From contig CBDCBK010000010.1 in assembly GCA_965214265.1 (NCBI GenBank), positions 678,230 to 742,229 of the forward strand: a stretch of 64,000 bases of DNA. The letters run 5' to 3'. A program made the translations under genes and the position numbers. This document shows, one piece after another, positions 1-8,340 of this stretch. Within the stretch, counting starts at the first letter, position 1. The number at the start of each line of letters is the position of its first letter. The DNA comes from Acidimicrobiia bacterium. GTDB lineage: Bacteria; Actinomycetota; Acidimicrobiia; Spongiisociales; ZC4RG35. Under the pieces are notes generated by a model. That model made no database searches. It saw only the letters and a list, made by a program, of their open reading frames with translations, and was not told the DNA's origin.

Positions 1-9
1 CTGTACCTT

Positions 10-1605
10 TTGTCCGCCGCGGATAGGACGCGGGTGATCGTAGGGTCGGCCAACCTGTCCGAACGGGCATTCTCGGGAAACCAGTCCGAGACGTTGGTTG
101 TTTTCGACAACGACGAACCAGCATGGAGGCACTACAGTCGCATGTTCGATTCCATCCGGAGTGCCGGCTCTGACGAGATGCCACTTCCGAGTGAGCGAAT
201 CGTCCAAGCCGAGATCGAGGTAACGGATGCCCCGGTGCTGTCGGACAACTCAACCACCGTAATAATCGAAGCTCCCGATCCTGCTGATATCGAGGTGTCG
301 GCGCCGGTGCAGATCGAGCGAGTCGAGAGGGTGGTGGCCGTGTTGAAGCCTCGCCTCGCGGCAGCCATCCCAACGTTGCGGGCCGGAAAACAGAGGATCA
401 CCCCTGTCATCAAGAGGGAATTGAGCCGCATACGCCTGGTCAAGTCGAGCGACGAAGCAGACAGTCGTTACTTCTCTATAGACAGGAGCAACGGCAGGGC
501 GGTGCTGTCCGGAAAGGAGTTCCCTCTGAGCTGGGACGCCTCGGCCGCTCGCGCTGACGCCAAGCTCGTTCTGGATTTCTTCGGGAACTACGAGGGGGCG
601 TTTGAAGGGGATGTGCCCGCTCTCCAGCGTGACTATTTCACCCTGATGGCTTGGCTGTATTTCTCTCCGCTCATTTGTGACCTCCGTTCATTGGCCCATC
701 TGAGGGACAGCGATGTGGTTCGCTACCCCTCTTTCGCCATCATCTTCGGCAAGTCCAACTGCGGCAAGACCAGCCTGGTGGACACCTTGACGACTTCCAT
801 GTTCGGTCGTCCCCACACAGTCGACAAAAGGGGTTTCACAACCGCCCAACTGCGCGGCTTGCAACACGCCTACAGGCGTCACCCGGTGGTCTTCGACGAT
901 GTGGGACGGAGAGCCTTCAATCAACATGGCAAGGACATGATCAAGGACGAGTTGCCGCCATCTGTCGCCGAGTATCCGGGGTTCGTCTTGTCGATGAACA
1001 CCGAGCCTCACTCCTTCCCCGACGAGATCGCCAAACGCAGCATGATGATCTACACCACCACCGCCCTTCCTGCTCACAACGAAGGTTTGCGGCAGACCCT
1101 ACAAAGCGAGGTACAGCAAATCCGAGGAGGGCTGACCGGTCACCTCTACCGACGCTACCTGGCGGATGTCATGGCCCGACTGGAACTGGACCGTCTTTCC
1201 GAGGACTGGTTGGCGGTCTCATCGTCAGTGCTCGCCGCCGTTCTGGCGGAAGCGGCCGAGGGCGCTCCGCCGCACTGGTGCAGGGAAGTCACCTGGCTTG
1301 ACTACGCCGACAAACGCTACGACCGGGTCAGAGACCGGGTCGTAGCCCTGCTGAGGCCGTCGGTATACGCCAAGAGGGAGGGCGACAGTCCGACCGGCTG
1401 GACCATTGACGGGAACAACGTCATAGTTTGGGAACAGCGGGACGCCTTCGGCAGGCGCGCTTTCGCCTGGGATGACCTCCCCTCCACCCTCATCGACGAA
1501 GCCGCCAGTGGCGGCGACCGAACAGTCTTGCACAAAAAGAGCCTTGAGAGTTTCCTCAATCAGCTCCTCCGACCCAAGGGACGTTGGTGGAGGCGCAGGA
1601 ATTAG
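10..1605 (+). CDS. partial ORF (5' end outside window): C-terminal half of a PLD/HKD-family nuclease-like motif followed by a P-loop NTPase domain; hypothetical defense-islet protein
   Basis: ORF has no start and runs from the window edge. 'VIVGSANLSERAF' matches the GSxN part of an HKD (phospholipase D-like) motif. Downstream are Walker A 'AIIFGKSNCGKTSLV', Walker B 'HPVVFDDVG' and a sensor-like 'FVLSMNTEP'. Confidence 0.5.
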   Translation: MSAADRTRVIVGSANLSERAFSGNQSETLVVFDNDEPAWRHYSRMFDSIRSAGSDEMPLPSERIVQAEIEVTDAPVLSDNSTTVIIEAPDPADIEVSAPVQIERVERVVAVLKPRLAAAIPTLRAGKQRITPVIKRELSRIRLVKSSDEADSRYFSIDRSNGRAVLSGKEFPLSWDASAARADAKLVLDFFGNYEGAFEGDVPALQRDYFTLMAWLYFSPLICDLRSLAHLRDSDVVRYPSFAIIFGKSNCGKTSLVDTLTTSMFGRPHTVDKRGFTTAQLRGLQHAYRRHPVVFDDVGRRAFNQHGKDMIKDELPPSVAEYPGFVLSMNTEPHSFPDEIAKRSMMIYTTTALPAHNEGLRQTLQSEVQQIRGGLTGHLYRRYLADVMARLELDRLSEDWLAVSSSVLAAVLAEAAEGAPPHWCREVTWLDYADKRYDRVRDRVVALLRPSVYAKREGDSPTGWTIDGNNVIVWEQRDAFGRRAFAWDDLPSTLIDEAASGGDRTVLHKKSLESFLNQLLRPKGRWWRRRN

Positions 1606-2067
1606 GACCGGGTGCCCTCCAGCAGCGGGTTGTTGTACTACCGCCGGGGGAATCCACAGCGAGGCCGTGCACTTTACACAGAGGCGATTGAATTGGCACG
1701 GAGAGTTCGCGACAGGAGGGCAGTCGTGCTTGCATGGACATTCTTTGCCCATGAAGAACTCTTGACCCGGACTCCCAAAACAGCTCTCGTCCAGGAGGCG
1801 CTCCAAGCCGCAAGACACCGGGAGCCGTTACCAGAGCTTTCCGTTTGGCTAGAACGGTTACAGGTACATCAGGAACGAGGCAAGGCCTGGGTCCGGGGGT
1901 TGCCCCGGTCATGAAGACGGCATCTCCTCTCCTGCCGACAATGGCGGAACCAGAAGCCAGGCGTTGAGTCTGCAATAAGGACAGACATCGTACGTGAGAA
2001 GCCATTCACGCCAACCAGCCCCGGCAACGATACGCCAAATAGCACAAACACTTGCAGTCACAGGAAC

Positions 2068-3396
2068 TCAGAACCCAGGTTCTATGCGATGAATGGCATC
2101 GGTGGTGAGGACGTACATCTCTTCTGATCCGTCGCTGCCGAAAGAGACCACGGAGCCCAGTTCGGGCGTCCATTCCCGCAGGTCGGTGGCCAGGGTGCCG
2201 TCCCATCGGAAACTGCGGAGATAGCCACCGCAGTAGTCGGAATAGAAGTAGTGGCCCTGCAGGCCGGGCATGGCAGATCCTCGGTAGACGATGCCGCCGG
2301 TTACCGAACAGGTTCCGCCGTCGTCGTGGACGATCTCCAGCACCGGCAGCGTGAGGCTCTCCGAGTTGCATCCTTGGCGGGGTTCGTAGCAGTGTAGGCC
2401 TTCAGTGATCGGCCATCCGAAGTTGAGGTCCGGTTCTGAAAGCATCGCCACGTTGATCTCCTCGTAGGCGTCCTGGCCGACGTCGGCGATGTAGGTCAAG
2501 CCGGTGGGCCCGTCGATCCAGAACCGCCAGGGGTTGCGGAGGCCGTACCACCACACCTCTGAAGTCACCTGGTCGGGGTCGATGCGCACCAGCGCCGCCA
2601 AGGGAGTATCGGGTCGCTGGCCGTGACCGTAGTAGTCGCCGGCTCGGCCGCCGTCGCCCAGTCCCAGGTAGAGATAGCCGTCGGGCCCGAACTGGATCAT
2701 CCCGCCGTTGTGATTGGTGGCGGGTTGTTGGGCAAAGAAGATGATTCTCTCCGAGTCGGGATCGGCGGTCCGTCCGTTGTCGGAAAGGGAGAATTCCGAG
2801 AGAACGGTGTGACCCTGCCGGTTGCTGTAGTGCACGAAGAGGCGAGCGGGCTGTGTGGGGTGCAAGGCGATTCCCAGGAGTCCCTGCTCTCCTCGGAACG
2901 TCACCTTTTCGGTGATGTCCAACACCGGAGCACCGGCTATCTCGTCGTTGTGTAGATAGAGGATTCGTCCCCCCTGTTCGGCCAGGTAGGAGTGGGAGGC
3001 GCCTGGTGTTGCGGCCAGGAAGATGGGATTTCTCGCTCCCTTGGCGACTTCGACGAACCGGAGGGAGTCGGGAGGCAGCGCCACAGTGGTGGTAGTCGCT
3101 TGTTCGAGTTCGGCGGGAGGCGAGGTGGCAGTGGGGAGAGAGGTAGTACTCGTGGAGGTCGTGGGCGCATCATCGCGGCCGGTGACGGAGGTTTCATCGG
3201 GCCGGGGGTCCTCTTCACCGGAGGGGGCGGTAGTTGTGGCGGTGGTGACCGTAGAGGTGGTCATGTTCGAAGAGGACGACGCGGTGGTGGTCACCGATGT
3301 CTCTGGAGGGAGAACCTCCTCCTGGGGGGAGGAGCACGCTGCGATTGTCAGCACTACGACCAACCAGGCCAGTCTCCTGCTCATCCGCCTCGGCAT
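2068..3396 (-). CDS. PQQ-dependent sugar dehydrogenase (soluble glucose/sorbosone dehydrogenase family) lipoprotein with Thr/Ser-rich linker
   Basis: Lipobox 'LTIAAC'. Family motifs 'AEQGGRILY' and 'HNGGMIQFGPDGYLYLGLGDGG' are present. 442 aa. Confidence 0.75.
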   Translation of the reverse strand: MPRRMSRRLAWLVVVLTIAACSSPQEEVLPPETSVTTTASSSSNMTTSTVTTATTTAPSGEEDPRPDETSVTGRDDAPTTSTSTTSLPTATSPPAELEQATTTTVALPPDSLRFVEVAKGARNPIFLAATPGASHSYLAEQGGRILYLHNDEIAGAPVLDITEKVTFRGEQGLLGIALHPTQPARLFVHYSNRQGHTVLSEFSLSDNGRTADPDSERIIFFAQQPATNHNGGMIQFGPDGYLYLGLGDGGRAGDYYGHGQRPDTPLAALVRIDPDQVTSEVWWYGLRNPWRFWIDGPTGLTYIADVGQDAYEEINVAMLSEPDLNFGWPITEGLHCYEPRQGCNSESLTLPVLEIVHDDGGTCSVTGGIVYRGSAMPGLQGHYFYSDYCGGYLRSFRWDGTLATDLREWTPELGSVVSFGSDGSEEMYVLTTDAIHRIEPGF

Positions 3397-3526
3397 TCGG
3401 GCGACAGCCTCCTCTCGATACGTCCGAAACTTACTGGATCAGGGGATCGATAAACCCGTTGCCGAGGTCCATGCGACAAGAGGATTGCCAGGATACCGGT
3501 CCGGGCGTGACAGACCGGGGGATTGG

Positions 3527-3928
3527 TCACACCCCGATCACCGTCAAGCCGGCAGATCGTGCGGCCTGTCCCTGTCGTATGTCGAAAGTGAGGAAAGTGG
3601 TTGCATCGCCGACGCGCCGCGCCGCAGCGATGTGCAGCGCATCCAGAGATCGGCACAGGGTCTGCTCGGCGATGCGTGCCGCCTCATTGCAGGTGACGGT
3701 ATCGAGGTCTATGAGAGCGAAGCTGTTCAGGTCGGATCGCACCAGTTGCCGGGTGCGAAGCAAGTGGTCGCCGGCGAGCAGTCGGGTAAGGTTGCGGCGT
3801 AGCTCGACCTCGGTGAGGCGGGAGGTGACCAGCACCGGATCGGACCGAATCAACTGTTCGGCGAAGTCGGAGTCCGACTCGGCGATATACCGCTTCAGCA
3901 GAGCGCTAGTGTCCACATAGAGGGTCAC
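3527..3928 (-). CDS. vapC: type II toxin VapC (PIN-domain ribonuclease)
   Basis: PIN signature 'TLYVDTSALL ... TEVE ... DALHIAAA ... FDIRQ'. Likely GTG start at 3928, overlapping the upstream antitoxin stop (GTGA). The longer ORF to 4021 is a spurious N-terminal extension. Confidence 0.8.
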   Translation of the reverse strand: MTLYVDTSALLKRYIAESDSDFAEQLIRSDPVLVTSRLTEVELRRNLTRLLAGDHLLRTRQLVRSDLNSFALIDLDTVTCNEAARIAEQTLCRSLDALHIAAARRVGDATTFLTFDIRQGQAARSAGLTVIGV

Positions 3929-4179
3929 CCGCGATCCTCGTCCAGTGCATCGGCGGTGCTCCGGCCGGCCTTGCATCGGACGATGGGTTCCAACCCGGCG
4001 CCTGAGGGAGGAGTGATCCAACCCCCGGCTATTCCCCGGTCGACCGCCGACACGCCGCCGAGGCCTACCAGTCGGGCCACGGGTTTGCCCCGGTGGGTGA
4101 CGAGGATCGGTTCCCCCCTCCCGGCTCTTCTGACGTAGTCGGAGAGATGGGCTTTCAGTTCGCGTATACCCACATTCAT
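3925..4179 (-). CDS. Phd/YefM-family antitoxin
   Basis: 'MNVGIRELKAHLSDYVRRAGRGEPILVTHRGKPVARLV' is a typical Phd/YefM N-terminus. ATG at 4177-4179, and the stop overlaps the vapC start. Confidence 0.75.
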   Translation of the reverse strand: MNVGIRELKAHLSDYVRRAGRGEPILVTHRGKPVARLVGLGGVSAVDRGIAGGWITPPSGAGLEPIVRCKAGRSTADALDEDRG

Positions 4180-4256
4180 GTAGTCACCACCGATTAGTGT
4201 AGTAACTACAGCGATAAGACCTACGGTGGGTTCAGGCGAGGCGATCATCTTTATAG

Positions 4257-5322
4257 ATGAATGACATGGAGGATCGAGTGTCCCGGCAGCCGCGCCGCCC
4301 CACCAGCACCTCCGTTTTCGGGGCAGGTCGAAGAGAGAGCCACGACTCGTCGGCCTTCTACGCCCGTTTCCAGCCACCGATCATCGATGACGACGACCGG
4401 ATAGGCTCTAGTCCTGACCTCGACGGGCCGATCCTGGGGGACGCCCGGAGAATGGAGGAACTCCCCGACCGCTCCGTCGCTCTGGTGGTTACCTCACCTC
4501 CCTATTTCGTGGGGAAGGAATATGAGGACGCGGTGGTTCAGGCGGCTCGGTCGAATGACCTCGAAGCTGAGATACCCAAGAGCTACGGTGAGTACCTCCG
4601 GCTGCTCCATGATGTCTTCACTGAATGCGTCCGGGTGCTGGAGCCGGGAGGCCGCATCGCCGTCAATGTGGCCAATCTGGGCCGAAAGCCCTATCGCAGC
4701 CTGTCGGCTGACGTCATCGGGATCTTCGAGGCTCTCGGTCTGCTGCTCCGGGGCGAGATTATCTGGCGGAAGGCTTCCGCGGCTGGCGGGTCGTGTGCCT
4801 GGGGTTCTTTCCGGAGCCTGGCCAATCCGGTGCTCAGGGACGTAACCGAGCGGATCGTGATCGCCTCCAAGGGCCGGTTTGATCGGGCTCTTAGTGCGGC
4901 CCAGCGCCGATCCCAAGACCTTCCACACCGGTCCAGCGTGGCCAATGACGAGTTCGTGGAAGCCACCCTGGACGTGTGGGAGATTCCTGCCGAGAGCGCC
5001 CGTCGGGTGGGCCATCCGGTTCCTTTTCCTGTCGAGCTTCCCCTGAGGCTCATCGATCTTTACACCTACCTGGACGATCTGGTGCTCGATCCCTTCATGG
5101 GATGAAGGGACGACATTGGTGGCTGCTCATCGAGCCGGGCGGAGGGGAGTCGGCTACGACATCAACAGCGAATACGTGGACATCGCCTTGGAGAGGCTGG
5201 AGCTTGGGTACCGCCGTCCGTTTCTGGAGGAGGAGGCGGGGCGGGCGTTGTCAGCCAACGGTGTCGCCGATGTTTTGGTTTTGGACGGCAATTCCGGGGA
5301 GGATTCCAGGCGCGGGCGGTGA
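4257..5322 (+). pseudogene. beta-class N4-cytosine/N6-adenine DNA methyltransferase (motif IV 'SPPY' precedes motif I); single frameshift between 'DPFMG' and 'GTTLVAAHRAGRRGVGYDIN'
   Basis: 'VALVVTSPPYFVGKEYED' (motif IV) then 'LDPFMG*' at 5105. Motif I continues in the +1 frame as 'EGTTLVAAHRAGRRGVGYDINSEYV' (ORF 5116..5322). The frameshift is not in a homopolymer. Confidence 0.6.
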
Positions 5323-5788
5323 GGGAGGGGAAGAAGGCGCAACGCTTGGCGCGGGACGCCTTGGAGGATGCCGGGTTCGAAATCCTCAGGACGAACCCCA
5401 GGATTGGTGGGTTGGGCATCCAGTTCAGCTTTCTCGTCGAAAACCGGTGCGGCCAGAAGTGGTATGTGGATGTCTCGGGTGCTTCACCACCGTCCGGCCG
5501 GGACTCCGGCGCACCGACACCTTGTGGAAGACGCTGGGCCGTGCTCACGTTCACTGCATGGCTGGCGATGAGACGCCGCTTCTGGTTATGACCTCTAATC
5601 TCCCCAAGCAGGGAAGCGAGGGTCGCAAGGCGCTGGAAGCGGTCGGGCCGCAGAGCGTCTTCGACGCCTTCGAGATCTACCGGGAGCGGGACAGGATGCG
5701 GCTCCGTGATTACGGAACACAGGAGAACCCTGTCCCCTTGGAGGGGTTCTGGACGCAACAGGAGATCGACCAGGCCTTTTTTCAGTAG
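5319..5788 (+). pseudogene. small hypothetical protein translationally coupled (GTGA) to the methyltransferase, possibly a PD-(D/E)XK/Mrr-like restriction nuclease; internal frameshift near 5490
   Basis: The ORF at 5319 begins with GTG overlapping the MTase stop. 'GFEILRTNPRIGGLGIQFSFLVENRCGQKWYVDVSGA' continues in another frame as 'FTTVRPGLRRTDTLWKTLGRAHVHCMAGDETPLLVMTSNL...'. The nuclease assignment is weak. Confidence 0.3.
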
Positions 5789-5835
5789 GTGCCTATGAGT
5801 CCAAGGTTGACAGGGGCGCCACACCCGCCGTTCGG

Positions 5836-6180
5836 TTGGCCGACACTAGGGAAGATCCTGTGGGTGGGTATGAGCAGGCGGCTGGCCAAACCCCGGCTCA
5901 GCGCATGGCCCTCATAGCCCGGGACCGGGGTTGTGTGGGCTGTGGCGCTGATCCGGCCTGGTGTCAGGCGCATCACCTCATCCCCTTGGGAGGTCGGGGG
6001 ACCCACCGACATCGCCAATCTGTGCTTGTTGCCGCTGTCACCACCAAGTACACGACGACGGCTGGCAAATCCAACGAACGCCTGCGGGAAAACATGTTCT
6101 CCAACCGCCCCACCCCACAAACCCCTCCCCGCTGCCCATCAAGACTCCACCCCGCCGCCGAGGGCACCGTAAACCAACTA
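5836..6180 (+). pseudogene. fragment of 13E12-repeat/DUF222-type HNH endonuclease (C-terminal HNH motif only, frameshifted)
   Basis: 'CVGCGADPAWCQAHHLIP', then in shifted frames 'GGPTDIANLCLL' and 'CRCHHQVHDDGWQIQRTPAGKH'. This is the HNH core split over three frames. Confidence 0.6.
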
Positions 6181-6247
6181 CCAAACTGATATTGTGAAAA
6201 CAGTCTCCTGGGTTTAAAGGCCTCTATTGTCGGCGGCTGCCCGGGGA

Positions 6248-6712
6248 TCAGACCGCGCCCATGTAGCGATGGTGGGACCAGGCCTCGTAGACCACGATGG
6301 CCACCGAGTTGGCAATGTTGAGGCTGCGAACGCCCGGCAACATAGGGATGCGAGCGGTCTCATCCACCCAGGGGGAGGACATGACTTCCTGAGGTAGCCC
6401 GGTCGACTCGGGCCCGAACAGCAGGGCGTCGCCCGGCGCGTAGTCGAGCGAGGAATGCCAGTTGACGCCCAGGGGCGAAAAGGCGTATACCCGCTCGGGT
6501 TGTTCGGCCTCCAGCCAATCGTCGAGGCTTGCGTGGACCTGGGTGACCACCCTCTCCCGATAGTCCATCCCCGCTCGCTTGAGGCGGGTGTCGGACATCT
6601 CAAATCCCAACGGCTCGATGAGGTGGAGAAGGCATCCGGTATTGGCGGCGAGCCGCATGATATTGCCGGTGTTGGGGGGAATCTCGGGCTGGTAGAGAAC
6701 AATGGAGAACAA
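6248..6712 (-). CDS. trmL: tRNA (cytidine(34)-2'-O)-methyltransferase TrmL (SpoU family)
   Basis: Near full-length similarity to E. coli TrmL: 'IVLYQPEIPPNTGNIMRLAANTG ... IPMLPGVRSLNIANSVAIVVYEAW'. Confidence 0.85.
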   Translation of the reverse strand: MFSIVLYQPEIPPNTGNIMRLAANTGCLLHLIEPLGFEMSDTRLKRAGMDYRERVVTQVHASLDDWLEAEQPERVYAFSPLGVNWHSSLDYAPGDALLFGPESTGLPQEVMSSPWVDETARIPMLPGVRSLNIANSVAIVVYEAWSHHRYMGAV

Positions 6713-6733
6713 GTCGGCTCTTTGCCTGGGGAC

Positions 6734-7900
6734 TCAGACTCCCGGTCCGAACACCAGCACTGTGTTGTGGCCCCCGAAACCGAAAGAATTGGAGACCGCC
6801 AAACCGGGCTCCCAGTCCTGTCGTTCGGTCACGATCCGGTGGAGGGGTATCTCGGGGTCTTGTTCGCGCATTCCGATGTTGGGAGGGATCTGTCCACGGC
6901 TGATGGCCAGCACTGTGGCCACGGCCTCTATCCCCCCACTGGCCCCCAAGGCGTGGCCGGTGGTTCCCTTGATGGAAGAGACCAGCGGCTGGCGATCACC
7001 CCAGATCGCCGAGATCACCCGTCCCTCGCCCACATCGTTGAGGGGAGTGGAGGTGCCGTGAGCGTTGATGTAGCCCACCTGTTCGGAAGTGGCCCCAGCG
7101 TCGTCCAATGCCCACCGGAGGGCTCGCCGGGCGCCGTCGCCCTCGGGGTGGGGAGCGGTGATGTGATGCGCGTCGGAAGTAGTCCCCGCCCCCAGCAGCT
7201 CGGCCAGGATGTCGGCGCCCCGCTCCCGCGCCTTGTCCCACTCCTCTAAGACCATCATGGCGGCGCCCTCGCCCACCACGAATCCGTTGCGGTCAATGTC
7301 GAAAGGCCGCGACTCATCGGTGGGAGAAAGCGCCCGGGCAGAGCGGAATCCGGCGATGGTAGCCGGTCGGATGGCCGCTTCGGATCCACCCGCCACCATC
7401 AGATCGGCGTACCCCCATTGCACTTGGCGGAGAGCGTCGCTGATGGCCTGTGCGCCTGCCGCGCAAGCCAAGGTCTGGGTGGTCGCCGGACCGAGAAAAC
7501 CAAACGTGATGGATATGGCGGCAGCAGCGGCGTTGCCCATCATCATGGGAATAGCCACCGGGGATGGCCGCTGGTTGTCACTGTTGACAGCCTTCACCAG
7601 ACCCTCAAACGATCGCATCCCTCCGATGCCGGTTCCCACGCACGCCCCAGCCCGCACGGGGTCCGTCTCATGGTCTCCCGCCATGGCCAGCGCCTCGTGG
7701 GCGGCCACCCGCGCATATTGGGAGAACAGGTCCAGGCGTCGGACCTCGCGGCGAGGAATCCAGGACGAGGGATCCCAGCCGTCAACGGTGAAGGGACCTT
7801 TTCCCGGGTCCTTGGTAAGACCTTCCCAAAAGGCATCCACTCCTACGCCCGGGCCGGTGACCACCCCCACTCCGGTGACGGCGACCCTACGCCTCTTCAC
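6734..7900 (-). CDS. fabF: beta-ketoacyl-ACP synthase II (KAS II, FabF/KasA-like)
   Basis: 'RRVAVTGVGVVTGPG...' N-terminus, active-site region 'ACAAGAQAI', and C-terminal 'SNSFGFGGHNTVLVF'. Confidence 0.8.
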   Translation of the reverse strand: MKRRRVAVTGVGVVTGPGVGVDAFWEGLTKDPGKGPFTVDGWDPSSWIPRREVRRLDLFSQYARVAAHEALAMAGDHETDPVRAGACVGTGIGGMRSFEGLVKAVNSDNQRPSPVAIPMMMGNAAAAAISITFGFLGPATTQTLACAAGAQAISDALRQVQWGYADLMVAGGSEAAIRPATIAGFRSARALSPTDESRPFDIDRNGFVVGEGAAMMVLEEWDKARERGADILAELLGAGTTSDAHHITAPHPEGDGARRALRWALDDAGATSEQVGYINAHGTSTPLNDVGEGRVISAIWGDRQPLVSSIKGTTGHALGASGGIEAVATVLAISRGQIPPNIGMREQDPEIPLHRIVTERQDWEPGLAVSNSFGFGGHNTVLVFGPGV

Positions 7901-7939
7901 TCTTGCCTTTTGTCCGACGGATTCTTCACGTTTTCTTCC

Positions 7940-8320
7940 TTACTCGCTTTCGAATGAGTTCATGTCGGCGGCTTGATAGACGCCGAAGATTATCCCCTGG
8001 GGGTCGCGGCAATAGGCGACCTGGCCCACCTCGGGGATGTCCTGGATGGGCACCACCATCTCCCCGCCGGCTGCGGAGACCTTTTCCAGCGCCTCTGAGA
8101 TATCGATCACGTCCACAGTGATCACGGTGCGGGCCTCCTGGTCGGGGGAGGGCATCAGCGCGCCGTTGATGCCCGGCCGGTCTTCGGGGCCGGTGGTGGC
8201 CAGCCAATACGGAAAGTCCCCCCACTGGGAGAAGGTCCAGCCTAGCGCTTCGGCGAAAAATTCCCGGCTGGCGGCGGGATCCGGACTTTGATACTCGAAG
8301 TGAACCGGTCGCATTGGCAT
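7940..8320 (-). CDS. VOC/glyoxalase-family protein
   Basis: 126 aa. The motif 'VHFEYQSPDPAASREFFAEALGW...GIIFGVYQ' is typical of the glyoxalase/bleomycin-resistance fold. Confidence 0.6.
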   Translation of the reverse strand: MPMRPVHFEYQSPDPAASREFFAEALGWTFSQWGDFPYWLATTGPEDRPGINGALMPSPDQEARTVITVDVIDISEALEKVSAAGGEMVVPIQDIPEVGQVAYCRDPQGIIFGVYQAADMNSFESE

Positions 8321-8340
8321 TGTCGCTTTCTATTGGGTTA

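Noticed and set aside
1612-1914. 100-aa ORF downstream of the PLD/NTPase gene
   Set aside because: No recognisable domain and an Arg-rich composition; it may be a real small gene but is unsupported.
3929-4021. N-terminal 31-aa extension of vapC
   Set aside because: The PIN domain begins at 'TLYVD', and the GTG at 3928 overlaps the antitoxin stop in the classic coupled arrangement.
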